DNA of 64,000 nt from Chlamydiales bacterium. GTDB taxonomy: Bacteria > Chlamydiota > Chlamydiia > Chlamydiales > JAAKFR01. Where the stretch lies: positions 21,806-85,805 of the forward strand of contig JAJACP010000005.1 of the NCBI GenBank assembly GCA_022601445.1. Reading direction: 5' to 3'. Below are positions 53,193 to 62,866 of this stretch, piece by piece (position 1 is the stretch's first letter; each line of letters begins with the position of its first letter). The translations under genes were made by a program, and so were the position numbers. A model generated the notes under the pieces. That model was not told the DNA's origin. It searched no databases and saw nothing but the letters and a program-made list of their open reading frames with translations.

Positions 53193-54726
53193 GGATTACC
53201 CTCCTCCGGTAGTTGCGGACAACGTAATAATCAATCAGCGGGGCAAAGACATTGCCAAATAGGATGGCGAGCATGACTCCCTCGGGGTAGGCGGGGTTAA
53301 TCAGACGGATCACGATGGTGATCACCCCAATAAATACTCCGTAGATCCATTTAGCACCTCGCATGCCAGGCGAGCTCACGGGTTCTGTGGCCATAAAGAC
53401 GAGTCCAAAGGCTAGACTCCCCATCAAGAGGTGGCGATAGGCAGGCATCGCAAAGCGAGCAGGGTTCCACGCGCCTCCCTCTATTCCAAAGTGCGTGGAG
53501 AAAAATTGGAAAAAATAGGCTGTGAGCAGAGCACCGATTCCGTAGGCGACCATGGTTCGCCAGGCTCCTACTCCTGTGTAAATTAGCAGTAGAGCTCCCA
53601 AAAGACAAGCAAAGGTAGAAGTTTCCCCCATACTGCCTAAAATATTGCCCCAAAAAAGGTTGCCATCTGAAAATTTACCCAGGCCTAAAATAGAATCGGT
53701 AGAGGCATAAGCCGCGCCGTAGTTGCCTGGAAGTAGGCCCAAACCGCCCTCAGCAAGAGGGCCTGTTACAAAGGCGCGCATTTGATCAGCTGCCAGCTCT
53801 CCCAACTCTGCTCCCTGGCCTGTAGCCATGTTCCATTGCTCTAATCGGCTTTCAATCAACCCGTAATGGGGAGTTTGTGCTCCCATTGTATTGGATGCAA
53901 TGGCATCGACATGGATCTGCTTGATTTCGTTAGTGGCACTGTTTAGACCTTGAAGAGCCGTTGCTTGCGTATAGCCGTCGATAGTGCCTAATCCTGCTTC
54001 AGCATTCATTTTGTTCAAGCTGATATCAATTTGAGTGGGATTTGTGCCCACCCAAACATCGCCTGTCATTTTTCCTGGGAAGGTGAAGAACAAAAAGGCG
54101 CGGGCAGTTAAGGCGGGATTGAGGATATTCATTCCTGTTCCGCCAAAAAGTTCTTTTCCCACGATCACACCAAAGGCGACACCCAGGGCGACCATCCAAT
54201 AGGGAATGGTAGAAGGGAGTGCTAAAGGGTAGAGAATTCCTGTGACCAAAAACCCCTCGGCGATCTCATGCCCGCGGATGGAGGCGATGATCCCTTCACA
54301 CAGCCCTCCAACGAGATAACTGATAATCATGACGGGGAAAAAGGCAAGAGCGCCATACTTGAGGATGGTGAGGTAGCGCTGATCTTGAAAGACAAAATCA
54401 AAATACCCCCGTAACGAGTCTGAGGAGAGTAAATAGTTGTTCATCAATTGATAGTCACCACTTCCGTAGACCATCTTTTGTAGGCCGGTATTCCAAATGG
54501 TCATCAAGATGACGGGGAAAAGGGCCATCACAACGAGTACCATCCACCGTTTAATGTCGATAGCATCTCGGATAAAAGGAGCGCGCCGCGTATTGACGGG
54601 GGCCTCGTAACAGAAGGCATCCACAGCGGATACCAAGGGGCGCATGCGGTGAAGGGGTTTCCCTTTTTCAAAGAATGAAAGTTGAAAATCTAAAAAACGA
54701 CGTAGCATATATCGGAAAAGTATCAA
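53173..54726 (-). CDS. nqrB: Na+-translocating NADH:quinone oxidoreductase subunit B
   Basis: Polytopic protein with an NqrB/RnfD-like core (GGTGMNILNPAL, DGYTQATAL, AILFGNVFAPLIDY). Confidence 0.9.
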   Translation of the reverse strand: MILFRYMLRRFLDFQLSFFEKGKPLHRMRPLVSAVDAFCYEAPVNTRRAPFIRDAIDIKRWMVLVVMALFPVILMTIWNTGLQKMVYGSGDYQLMNNYLLSSDSLRGYFDFVFQDQRYLTILKYGALAFFPVMIISYLVGGLCEGIIASIRGHEIAEGFLVTGILYPLALPSTIPYWMVALGVAFGVIVGKELFGGTGMNILNPALTARAFLFFTFPGKMTGDVWVGTNPTQIDISLNKMNAEAGLGTIDGYTQATALQGLNSATNEIKQIHVDAIASNTMGAQTPHYGLIESRLEQWNMATGQGAELGELAADQMRAFVTGPLAEGGLGLLPGNYGAAYASTDSILGLGKFSDGNLFWGNILGSMGETSTFACLLGALLLIYTGVGAWRTMVAYGIGALLTAYFFQFFSTHFGIEGGAWNPARFAMPAYRHLLMGSLAFGLVFMATEPVSSPGMRGAKWIYGVFIGVITIVIRLINPAYPEGVMLAILFGNVFAPLIDYYVVRNYRRRVIRGRAQA

Positions 54727-54798
54727 ATTTTCCGCTAATTGAGAAGAGAAAAACCTTTTCCTTCATCTCTTTTCGCGTTACTCTCTGAACAGGTGCAC

Positions 54799-57700
54799 AT
54801 GTTCAAGCGTATTTTTTTTCTCTGTTGTCTCTTACTTCTCATTGGGGCGGCTCTTTTTCCCCATGAGATTTTGGTAGCGTGCGTCAAGTATCAAGCAAGT
54901 CGTTACTGTCGCAAAGCGTGGGGTGGAAAGTTCACCTATGAATCCTTGAATTGGGAAGAGGGGAGAGTGGTTTGTAAAAATGGAGCCCTTGTCAAGACTG
55001 GGCAGATCCACGTCTCGTTTGCACATGCCTATCTTTCTCCTTCCTTCCACTGGAAAACCCGAGAGCTTGGGGGTTTAGTTGAACTAGAAGGGGTCAAAAT
55101 TGTCAGCCGCAAAACTGAGCCCCAGAAACTCTCTTACTCATCTCTTCCGCGTCTTCCTTTTTTCTCTTTTTGTTTTAAAACGCGCCTAAAGAGTGGGGAG
55201 GTTGCCCTGTACGACTCAATGGGGGTGGCTCCACTACTGCAACGGTTTTACTTTGATCTTGAGCACACGATTAAAAACTCCGAGATAAACGGCTCCATCA
55301 TACTCAATTTAGAGGAGCAAGAAGAGAAGCTACCTATATATTTTCAGCGTGAAAAAGAGGGAATTGTCCGTTTGCAAACAGATTTTCAATCGCATTCGCT
55401 ACCCTCGCTGTATCATTTGATGATCTACTTTTTTCACTCCCACATGCCTCAATCGGTCAAGCATTGGCAGCTGCAGAAAGGAAAAATTGAGGGTGCTCTT
55501 GATCTCACCCTTCTTGAGGGAGAGCCGCTGCATATGAATGGGAAGCTCACCTGCTCCAAAGTGCATGCAGCTAATGCTGCTCTTGAGCTGTTTGGAGAAG
55601 TAGATCGGGCACAGGCCAACTTAGAGATTGATTTTACATCTGTCAAAACAATGTATGGGGAAATCTCCCTTGATGGAGGTAGACTTGCTCTTGAAGAGAG
55701 CCGGGAGTTTTGGCAAGGAATTTGGGATTTAAGTCATCTTACAACAAATATTTGTGTTCGAGATGGGAAAGTAGAAAGCTCTGTATTGCATGGCAGCTTT
55801 ATGGGGATGGAAGGAGAGCTTGTGTTTGATTGGCACTCTCCTGATGCACTGATGCGTATGGGTTTTGAAGGAAACTCTCAGGATATGAGCTTTCTTTTTC
55901 CCACGCCTTTACAAGAGAGTTTCAGAAAAGCGTTTACCGATGACCACTTTGTGCTCGATGCTTCATTACATCGTGCTGGACGTGGACTGGAGTTAGAGGG
56001 GAATTTGATCATTGCAGGAGAGGAGAGACACCAACTCGATTTTGGGTGTCTGTTTGGAGTGGGAATGATAGAAGTGGAGGTGGTTCCAGAAGCGCTCCCG
56101 CACACCCTTTCAAACTCAGTTGATTCATTTCTCGATCACCTAGCGCAACAGTTTTGCCTCTCCCAAAAGCGATTTGGCTGGTTCCATGGAAAGCACTTTC
56201 CTCTGGAAAAGTTTCTCTCTCCCTTTTTGTTCCGAGACGTGAACATGGAGGCGAGTGGACAGATCCATTTTGATGGAACCTTTGATGAGAGGTATCTGGT
56301 CTTCTCCTACGAAGGTGAGGATTTTTTGATCGAGAGTCCCAATTTTTCGTTGCAAACAGCGCGCATAGAGAAGGAAATAGCCAAAGATGTGGCAGCTGTT
56401 CACTACTTTGATTTACAAACATGGGATCACGTTGGTTTTCTTCCTTTGAAAGACACGGTCTACCAGCAAAAAAATAAAAGGGTCACCTTTACGGAAGGTG
56501 AGGCCGTTGTCCATTTTGAAAATGAGCAGATCCACATTTTAGACGTGGAGACAAAGTGGGCTGATTTGACGCTGAAAGGAGAGTTGGAAATAGAGATGCA
56601 TGCACTTGATGATGTCGATCTGGTGATGAGCGCGCACTCGATTGAAGGACCGGCGTCTGATGCGCAAAAGTTGTTAGCTCATTTCTCTCACTCGATTTTT
56701 TGGGAAATCCCTTTTGAGGGTAATGTGCGGGGTGAGGGAGATGTCTTTTCTTTCCACTACCACTTTACGCCCGAGGTCGATTTGGTTGCAGGTCAGATGC
56801 ATGGTTTTTTTGAAGGAAACTTCAAGAATTCTCCTCTCTTTTGCGCGGGCGAGGTGCGTTATGACTTAAATGAGATTCTGTTAAATGTGGACTCTCCACA
56901 CGCCTCTTTTACGGGCTCGATCGGCAAAACCATCTCTCTTGAAGGAGATGAGATCGTGTTTCATGCAGTACAGGATGAAGGGGAAATGCACATTCTCGAT
57001 TTTAAATATAAGACTTGGGAGGGTGAGGGAGATATAGAGTGGGACACAGCTGGGGTGCATATCTCTCATCTCTCGATTCAAGAGACAGAGAGCGAGCAGG
57101 GGGCTTGTGTTTTATCAGGTTGTTACAATCGAGTCGAAAAAATCTTTGAAGGACAAATCGATCAGTTCCACTGGACCTTTGGTGATACCTTCTCTCTTTG
57201 GAAACCCCAAGGCGAAATTTTTGGAGATGGAAAGCTTGAGTGGACGCGAGAAGAGGGATTACAGGCGCAGCTTGCTGGAGCATTCCGAAAGTTGAAGTTT
57301 GGAGGCATTCAGTTTGGCGATGGGGAGGATTTGCGCTGTTTTTACTCTTCCAAGCGCGGTTTGTCGGTCGAAGGGCTAGCTGTCGAAATTCCCACAGAAA
57401 TGGGAGTTGAAACATACAAACTGGGATGCTTTACCTATCATCTTTCTCAGCAAAAAATTCAGTGCGAAGGGTTTGATTTCTCTCTTCCTCCTGAAAAATT
57501 GCCTTGGGTAGCGGAGCTGGCAGGCAAACTGTTTCCGGGTAAAGTCCATCCGACCATTGTCGACTGGGTTGAGGCGTTAAAACAAAATGAACCGCTTGAG
57601 GGAAAGGTCTCTTTTGAAGTTTATCCCGATACAGTTTGGGTTTATCTAGATCTAAAAGATGGAACGTATCATCTCTCTGATCATCAGTTTCGTTTAAAAA

Positions 57701-58875
57701 ACTTTCTTCTGCTTTACGATCCAGTAGAAATCAATCTCTGGACGCAGTGCCTTTATCGAGACAACTACTACTGGCTACATATGTTAACCGATAGCATGAC
57801 AATGGGCCGGGGGCAGTTAGCGATCAGTGAAAACGCACTTTCCCCTCGGGATCCTGCAGGTCAAGACTCTTTAATTGCGAGTTGGGAGAGGCAGAATGGA
57901 AAGGGATGGCGTGTCCAGAAGGTGCAGGGGAATTTCCATGGGCTTCAAATGGATTTGGTTGCCGAAAACCTCATGGATTTTTCCGATTCGATCGCTCTGC
58001 AAGGACGGATTGGGGTGGATGCGAGTCGTGTGCACCCATTACTCGGAGATCAATTAGCCCATTTGGTTGACCGCTTTTCCGTAGCAGGAGGATATACGCT
58101 AGAGGGGGGGCTGGCCATTTCCAAATCGGACTTCTCTCTTTTTTCTTTCAATGGAGCGTTAACAGGAACGGATATCTGCTTAGGGAATGTGGAACTCTCC
58201 TCTCTTAATGCCGATCTGTACTACACCCCAGATTGGGTGGCTCTTTCAAATTTGATGGTCAAAGATTGGGCAGGACAGCTATCAGTGAGTCAACTTGATT
58301 TGGTTAAAAATGTAGACAGCTGGGCCTTTTTATTCGATCAGCTGAAGTTAGAAGATGTGCGTATTTCACGTTTACGTAGTCCTTGGACCAATTGGGAGCC
58401 TCGTAGTAAACCCTTTTACCGCTCCTTTTTTATTCGCAGTTTTGAACTCAGTCAGTTTCAAGGCTACTTCGATGATGCAAGCAGTGTTGTGGGAAAAGGT
58501 AAGCTTGCCTTTACCAATCTGCCTAAAAAAACGTTTCTGTCCAATTTGCTATTTATTCCCACAGAGATCACGGCGCGGATTGGACTAGACTTAGCAGCTT
58601 TTGTTCCTGTTAGAGGAACCATTGATTATGAAATTAAAGAGGGTAAGATCTACTTAAATGAATTTAAGGATATGTTCAGTGACGGAAAGCTCTCTCGCTT
58701 TTATCTGGCTGAGGGAAGCAAAGCTTATGTCGATTTTGGTGGTAATCTCAACTTAAAGATGAAGATGAAGCAGTATAATTTGTTGATGAAACTCGCTGAA
58801 TTCTTTACTATTTCCGTTAAGGGCACTCTGCTCAATCCAAAATACTCCTTCAGCAATCAGTTTGAGGATGATTAA
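54799..58875 (+). CDS. very large TamB/AsmA-like envelope protein (tentative)
   Basis: N-terminal anchor MFKRIFFLCCLLLLIGAALF, about 1350 aa of beta-rich sequence, and a C-terminal segment (GNLNLKMKMKQYNLLMKL ... ISVKGTLLNPKYSF) resembling the TamB DUF490 end. The upstream TTG 54739 start is less likely. Confidence 0.55.
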   Translation: MFKRIFFLCCLLLLIGAALFPHEILVACVKYQASRYCRKAWGGKFTYESLNWEEGRVVCKNGALVKTGQIHVSFAHAYLSPSFHWKTRELGGLVELEGVKIVSRKTEPQKLSYSSLPRLPFFSFCFKTRLKSGEVALYDSMGVAPLLQRFYFDLEHTIKNSEINGSIILNLEEQEEKLPIYFQREKEGIVRLQTDFQSHSLPSLYHLMIYFFHSHMPQSVKHWQLQKGKIEGALDLTLLEGEPLHMNGKLTCSKVHAANAALELFGEVDRAQANLEIDFTSVKTMYGEISLDGGRLALEESREFWQGIWDLSHLTTNICVRDGKVESSVLHGSFMGMEGELVFDWHSPDALMRMGFEGNSQDMSFLFPTPLQESFRKAFTDDHFVLDASLHRAGRGLELEGNLIIAGEERHQLDFGCLFGVGMIEVEVVPEALPHTLSNSVDSFLDHLAQQFCLSQKRFGWFHGKHFPLEKFLSPFLFRDVNMEASGQIHFDGTFDERYLVFSYEGEDFLIESPNFSLQTARIEKEIAKDVAAVHYFDLQTWDHVGFLPLKDTVYQQKNKRVTFTEGEAVVHFENEQIHILDVETKWADLTLKGELEIEMHALDDVDLVMSAHSIEGPASDAQKLLAHFSHSIFWEIPFEGNVRGEGDVFSFHYHFTPEVDLVAGQMHGFFEGNFKNSPLFCAGEVRYDLNEILLNVDSPHASFTGSIGKTISLEGDEIVFHAVQDEGEMHILDFKYKTWEGEGDIEWDTAGVHISHLSIQETESEQGACVLSGCYNRVEKIFEGQIDQFHWTFGDTFSLWKPQGEIFGDGKLEWTREEGLQAQLAGAFRKLKFGGIQFGDGEDLRCFYSSKRGLSVEGLAVEIPTEMGVETYKLGCFTYHLSQQKIQCEGFDFSLPPEKLPWVAELAGKLFPGKVHPTIVDWVEALKQNEPLEGKVSFEVYPDTVWVYLDLKDGTYHLSDHQFRLKNFLLLYDPVEINLWTQCLYRDNYYWLHMLTDSMTMGRGQLAISENALSPRDPAGQDSLIASWERQNGKGWRVQKVQGNFHGLQMDLVAENLMDFSDSIALQGRIGVDASRVHPLLGDQLAHLVDRFSVAGGYTLEGGLAISKSDFSLFSFNGALTGTDICLGNVELSSLNADLYYTPDWVALSNLMVKDWAGQLSVSQLDLVKNVDSWAFLFDQLKLEDVRISRLRSPWTNWEPRSKPFYRSFFIRSFELSQFQGYFDDASSVVGKGKLAFTNLPKKTFLSNLLFIPTEITARIGLDLAAFVPVRGTIDYEIKEGKIYLNEFKDMFSDGKLSRFYLAEGSKAYVDFGGNLNLKMKMKQYNLLMKLAEFFTISVKGTLLNPKYSFSNQFEDD

Positions 58876-59533
58876 TTTTCTGTTTCCTGCCATCTGCTTG
58901 CACTGCATGCAACGGTCTAAAAAACTCTTTTGTGAGGAGTGTGCTGCACACTTTGAGCTCATCGATCCCATGGCCCGCTGCCCATTTTGTTTTCGTGAAA
59001 CAGAAGCGAGACGTGCCTGCATTGAGTGTTTAGCTAAAAAAAGATGGCACATCCCTGTGGCCTCGGCTCTTGACTACACTGGCCCGGTTCGCACTCTTGT
59101 TAAAAACCTTAAATATGGGCAGATGCCCTATTTGGCTAAAACAGCGGCCTCTTTTTTGTTGTTGCAACTAGAGCAAATGGGGTGGGAATCTCCCGATCTG
59201 ATCGTTCCTGTTCCTCGTCGCGTTTGGTTGCAGGGGAGCAATCATGCAACCGTGCTTGCCAAGGAGCTTGCCAAATTGTTGCAAACAGATGTTTCTAGCT
59301 GTGTGGGGAGGCATTTGGGAGATCTTTCCCAAGCGCGTTTGGTCAGGATGCAGCGAGAAAGAGTGGGGGCTGCTCGGTTTTATCTGAAAAAAAGAGCCTC
59401 GCTCAGAGAAAAAAGCGTACTCATTGTGGATGATGTGGCGACCACGGGAACCACGCTGCGCCACACCTCTGAAATTGTAAAGGAGGGATGTCCCAAAAAG
59501 ATCTATGCTCTCACGCTCGCACAAACCCTCTAA
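58862..59533 (+). CDS. comF: ComF-family protein (zinc ribbon + phosphoribosyltransferase domain)
   Basis: CLHC ... CEEC ... CPFC ... CIEC Cys pairs, and the PRTase motif VLIVDDVATTGTTL. Confidence 0.8.
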   Translation: MRMINFLFPAICLHCMQRSKKLFCEECAAHFELIDPMARCPFCFRETEARRACIECLAKKRWHIPVASALDYTGPVRTLVKNLKYGQMPYLAKTAASFLLLQLEQMGWESPDLIVPVPRRVWLQGSNHATVLAKELAKLLQTDVSSCVGRHLGDLSQARLVRMQRERVGAARFYLKKRASLREKSVLIVDDVATTGTTLRHTSEIVKEGCPKKIYALTLAQTL

Positions 59534-60129
59534 ATCGGCACCTCTTCTGTAGGGGTGGGCTTCACAGTGAGATGACCCACAATCTCTACACCTTCATCTA
59601 CACAAAGGGATTTCGCTTCAATGTCTCCCTTGATGCGCGCAGCTCCACGCAGCTCAAGCTTCTCTTGAACCACGATATTGCCCTCAACCTCTCCCTCAAT
59701 AATCGCCTCGCGTAAATTGAGGTTTGCCTTTACCTTACCCTGAGGACCCACAACAACCTTTCCTTGAGAGAGAAGCTCTCCCTCAAAAGAGCCGTCAATG
59801 CGGAGAAGGCGTTCAAAACTCAATTCTCCTCTAAACGTCACCCCTTCACCCAAAGTTGTTTCTGGGTCGTCTTCTTGCATAAAGTGGTGAGGAAGAGAGG
59901 CTGTTTTCTCACTGTTGTTCCAGCTCTCGTCATGAGAGTCGTGAGGAAGAGGGCGTGAAGGGGCCACTCGTCCTTGGTGGTGAGGCGCATCAAAGATACG
60001 AGGAGGAACCTCTTCTTTGGGAGCTCCGTATTTATAGGGAGAAGGAATGGGCGACTCATCATCATAGATGGACGCATTTTCTTCTAAAGGGTTTTTACCT
60101 GGACGGCGAAACATAGTTTGTAACCTCAT
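59530..60129 (-). CDS. bactofilin-family cytoskeletal protein
   Basis: Disordered Pro-rich N-terminus, then a beta-helix repeat region ([42 protein letters not shown] ... [11 protein letters not shown]). 4-nt overlap with dnaA. Confidence 0.8.
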   Translation of the reverse strand: MRLQTMFRRPGKNPLEENASIYDDESPIPSPYKYGAPKEEVPPRIFDAPHHQGRVAPSRPLPHDSHDESWNNSEKTASLPHHFMQEDDPETTLGEGVTFRGELSFERLLRIDGSFEGELLSQGKVVVGPQGKVKANLNLREAIIEGEVEGNIVVQEKLELRGAARIKGDIEAKSLCVDEGVEIVGHLTVKPTPTEEVPI

Positions 60130-61472
60130 TGCTCAATATTGCGTCGGCAGAGCGCGATCTGTCTTCGCAAAGATTCATCTTTTTTCATTTTATTCTCAAT
60201 TGTCTTGCAGGCGTGCAAAATTGTGGAGTGCGTTTTTCCAAAGGAGGCACCAATCATCATCAAAGAATCATTGATCAGCTCCTTGGCCAGATACATCGCG
60301 ATCTGACGGGCTAAGGAGATGTCTTTTGTGCGGGAGGTTCCTTTCAAATCGTTAACACGCACTTGAAATACAGTCGCTACACTCTTTAAAATACTTTCTG
60401 CCGAAACCTTCTGTCTTGGAGCTGTTTGAAACAGTTCACTCAATGTTTGCTCCACTAATTCTTCTGAAACATCTTGTTCCAAAAGGCGGCAATGCGCCGT
60501 CAAACGGTTAATCGCTCCCTCAAGCTGACGGACATTGCTAAAAATATGTTCTGCAATAAAGAAGGCTACTTGATTGGGGATATTCAATCCCTTTTGTTCA
60601 GCTTTATGCTGTAGGATCGCCACGCGCGTTTCCAGATCAGGCATGCCCACATGTGCCACAAGTCCCCACTCCATCCGCGCTACAATCCGCTCAGAGAGTT
60701 TAAGTTGACCAGGCGGCTTATCGCTTGTAATCACAATTTGCTTATTTTGATTGATCAAGCTCTCAAAGGTGTTGCAAAACTCCTCTTCAAAATTCAAGCG
60801 GTTTTGCAAAAATTGGATATCATCCACAAGCAAGATGTCCAGTGAGCGATAAAAACGCTTCATTTTATCAACCGACTTACTACGGAGACTATCGACTAAA
60901 TCATTGATAAATCCTTCAGTTGTAATGCATTGCACGCGTAGTTTCTTGTGATGCTCGCGGGCGTAGTGGCCAATGGCATGGAGAAGATGTGTTTTTCCGA
61001 GTCCGACACCGCCGTGGATAAAAAGAGGGTTGTAAGAGCGTCCAGGTCTTCCTGCAATACCCAATGCTGCGGATTTGACAAACTGATTAGAAGCCCCTTC
61101 GATAAAATTTTCAAAACGGTAGGAGGGATTGAGTTTGAGTTCATACTCCGCGATCTCTTCAATCACTGGAGCCGGAGCGTGTTGCTTTTGTGAATCGATT
61201 GCTGGTTTGCGGGGAGTTTGATCACCGATGACAAAGTGAATAGAAGGCTCACCCTCACCATTAACAGGGAGGAAAGAGCAGAGATCGCGTTTATAATTGT
61301 CTAAAAGGTAGGCCTTCACGAAAATGTTGGGAACCTCCAACGTGATCTCATCAGTTGAGGAGCTCACAACTTTGATGGGAGAGAGCCAATTCTCAAAGGC
61401 TGTCAAAGAGCAGCGCTTTTTTACGTATTCTAGAAACTGAGTCCAGGTGTCGCGTGCGTCGCAAGTCAGCAT
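60126..61472 (-). CDS. dnaA: chromosomal replication initiator protein DnaA
   Basis: Walker [25 protein letters not shown], and a C-terminal DNA-binding domain ([11 protein letters not shown] ... [12 protein letters not shown]). Start placed at the ATG preceded by AGGAAA; the track start GTG 61511 is the alternative. Confidence 0.93.
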   Translation of the reverse strand: MLTCDARDTWTQFLEYVKKRCSLTAFENWLSPIKVVSSSTDEITLEVPNIFVKAYLLDNYKRDLCSFLPVNGEGEPSIHFVIGDQTPRKPAIDSQKQHAPAPVIEEIAEYELKLNPSYRFENFIEGASNQFVKSAALGIAGRPGRSYNPLFIHGGVGLGKTHLLHAIGHYAREHHKKLRVQCITTEGFINDLVDSLRSKSVDKMKRFYRSLDILLVDDIQFLQNRLNFEEEFCNTFESLINQNKQIVITSDKPPGQLKLSERIVARMEWGLVAHVGMPDLETRVAILQHKAEQKGLNIPNQVAFFIAEHIFSNVRQLEGAINRLTAHCRLLEQDVSEELVEQTLSELFQTAPRQKVSAESILKSVATVFQVRVNDLKGTSRTKDISLARQIAMYLAKELINDSLMMIGASFGKTHSTILHACKTIENKMKKDESLRRQIALCRRNIEQ

Positions 61473-61503
61473 AGATTTCCTCGTGGTAAAAATATGAACA
61501 ATG

Positions 61504-61715
61504 TTTTCCACAACCTCTTCTCAGCCAATATTCGAGTTGTGAACAAGGTTGAGAATGTAACATCTGGTCTGATACGCCGCAAGAATTTTTACAGAATAAA
61601 TTCAGGAGCTTTGGCTAACTGTTTTACGATCAAAGTAGTGAGAAGTAAAAAAAATGCCGCGCGGTTGCGAACTTGTAACCTGTTCATTTTAAGCGCTGTG
61701 AACAAATTATCCCCA
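61504..61715. promoter_or_regulatory. cluster of DnaA-box-like 9-mers upstream of dnaA (candidate oriC / dnaA autoregulation region)
   Basis: TTTTCCACA 61504-61512. TGTGAACAA 61538-61546 and 61697-61705. TTATCCCCA 61707-61715. Each is 1-2 mismatches from TTATCCACA. An AT-rich stretch acatatataattgaa follows. Confidence 0.4.
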
Positions 61716-61740
61716 ACATATATAATTGAATCTGGGAGTC

Positions 61741-62136
61741 TTAATGATAAGCAAGAAGAAGGGCCGTTGCATCATTTGCAATGGTTAGATCTTCACTTTT
61801 TTCAAGCGTGCGTGCCAGTTCAAGCGCTTCCGTTTTTCGATTGAGCAGCATGAGCGCTTTGACTTTGTTTAGCAGAGTGGGTTCATGAAGAGGGTCTAGG
61901 CCAAGCGCTTGGTCAAGTCCATTAAGCGCTTTTTCGCCCTCGCCGATTTGTAGGTAGAGCGCGCCGAGTGTTTGAATGTCATAGGTAGAGGTGGGGTCGA
62001 CAACGACTAAAGCTTCAAAAAAAAGCAGAGCTTTTTTGTAGTGTCCTTCTCTTAAAAACGAGAAGCCAGAAAAGCGCAGCTCTTCGAGTTGTTCATCGCT
62101 CCATCCTAAAATTGCTCTCCAATTGACAACAGTCAT
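61741..62136 (-). CDS. TPR protein, LcrH/SycD-like class II type III secretion chaperone
   Basis: 131 aa. WSDEQLEELRFSGFSFLREGHYKKALLFFEALVVVDPTSTYDIQTLGALYLQIGEGEKAL follows the SycD/LcrH tandem-TPR pattern. Confidence 0.6.
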   Translation of the reverse strand: MTVVNWRAILGWSDEQLEELRFSGFSFLREGHYKKALLFFEALVVVDPTSTYDIQTLGALYLQIGEGEKALNGLDQALGLDPLHEPTLLNKVKALMLLNRKTEALELARTLEKSEDLTIANDATALLLAYH

Positions 62137-62139
62137 TTT

Positions 62140-62655
62140 TTACGCCTGTACAAATTGATGCATACGCGAGATGATGTAATCGATCATCTCGTTGGTTTCT
62201 TTGACCCCTTTTTCGATCATATCCACGATCACTTCTCCTTCATCGACCAGCTGCTCGTCCCGGTTTTTCTCGCTTTCGTCTTGATCCTTTCTCTCTTCTC
62301 TAGACCGCACCTTTCTGCCTCGGGTTTGATTTTTGAGAAAGGCATGAATTTTATGGATATCCGCGCTCTGTTTTTTTGTGCCTCCCAGTGAGGGAGCGAC
62401 GTAAGAAGAGGCAAACCTTTGAGTGTAATAGTTTTTAGGAATCATAAAACGTGCCCACATCTTCCGCTGATAGGTTTGCATGAGCAAAACAAGCGCTGGG
62501 TGCTTGGGAACAAAATCTAGAACACGCGTATGCACTGCCACGATTTTTGCACGTCCCGGTGGGATGTGATACTGCTTACGGAACGCCTCGATCTCTTGTT
62601 GATCGCGGGCAAACCGCTCGTGGGTAGTGATGTCGTAACTGTATATTTCGACCAT
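62140..62655 (-). CDS. hypothetical protein (basic centre, acidic C-terminus), first gene of a two-gene unit with the TPR chaperone
   Basis: 171-aa ORF ending 3 nt before the chaperone start. No motif recognised. Confidence 0.5.
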   Translation of the reverse strand: MVEIYSYDITTHERFARDQQEIEAFRKQYHIPPGRAKIVAVHTRVLDFVPKHPALVLLMQTYQRKMWARFMIPKNYYTQRFASSYVAPSLGGTKKQSADIHKIHAFLKNQTRGRKVRSREERKDQDESEKNRDEQLVDEGEVIVDMIEKGVKETNEMIDYIISRMHQFVQA

Positions 62656-62700
62656 AATTTGATTCTAAACTACTTAATCGTTTGGATTCACCTAAAAAAC

Positions 62701-62841
62701 ATAGGGAGCCCGGCTATTTCTGGCTTTTTGAGGCTTTTTGCTTCATTTGATCGATCTCTCGCTCGCTGTATCGCTTACACTAGCTTCGCTCGAGATCAAC
62801 CAACTGAAACAAAAACTCTCAAAAGTTCTTATAGGGAGCCC
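62701..62841. mobile_element. ~119-bp palindromic MITE-like element flanked by an exact 11-bp direct repeat
   Basis: ATAGGGAGCCC occurs at 62701-62711 and again at 62831-62841. Between them, the left arm ctttttgaggctttttgcttcatttgatcgatctctcgctcgc faces the reverse complement of the right arm cttttgagagtttttgtttcagttggttgatctcgagcgaagc. Confidence 0.65.
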
Positions 62842-62866
62842 TGTTCCAATATTCCCATTTTGTAAA

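Noticed and set aside
50876-54726. nqrBCDE lacking nqrA and nqrF considered as a degraded operon
   Set aside because: All four ORFs are intact with conserved motifs. From memory, a split nqr arrangement with nqrA and nqrF elsewhere is the normal state in Chlamydiae. This cannot be judged from one window.
61494-61844. 116-aa plus-strand ORF between dnaA and the TPR gene
   Set aside because: It overlaps the dnaA start region and is antisense to the TPR chaperone 3' end. Its composition is low-complexity and it has no motif. The region is better explained as the dnaA upstream or origin region.
62738-62866. 43-codon N-terminal extension of aroB in the ORF track
   Set aside because: The extension reads through the MITE-like element and its direct repeat. 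The conserved AroB sequence begins after ATG 62867.
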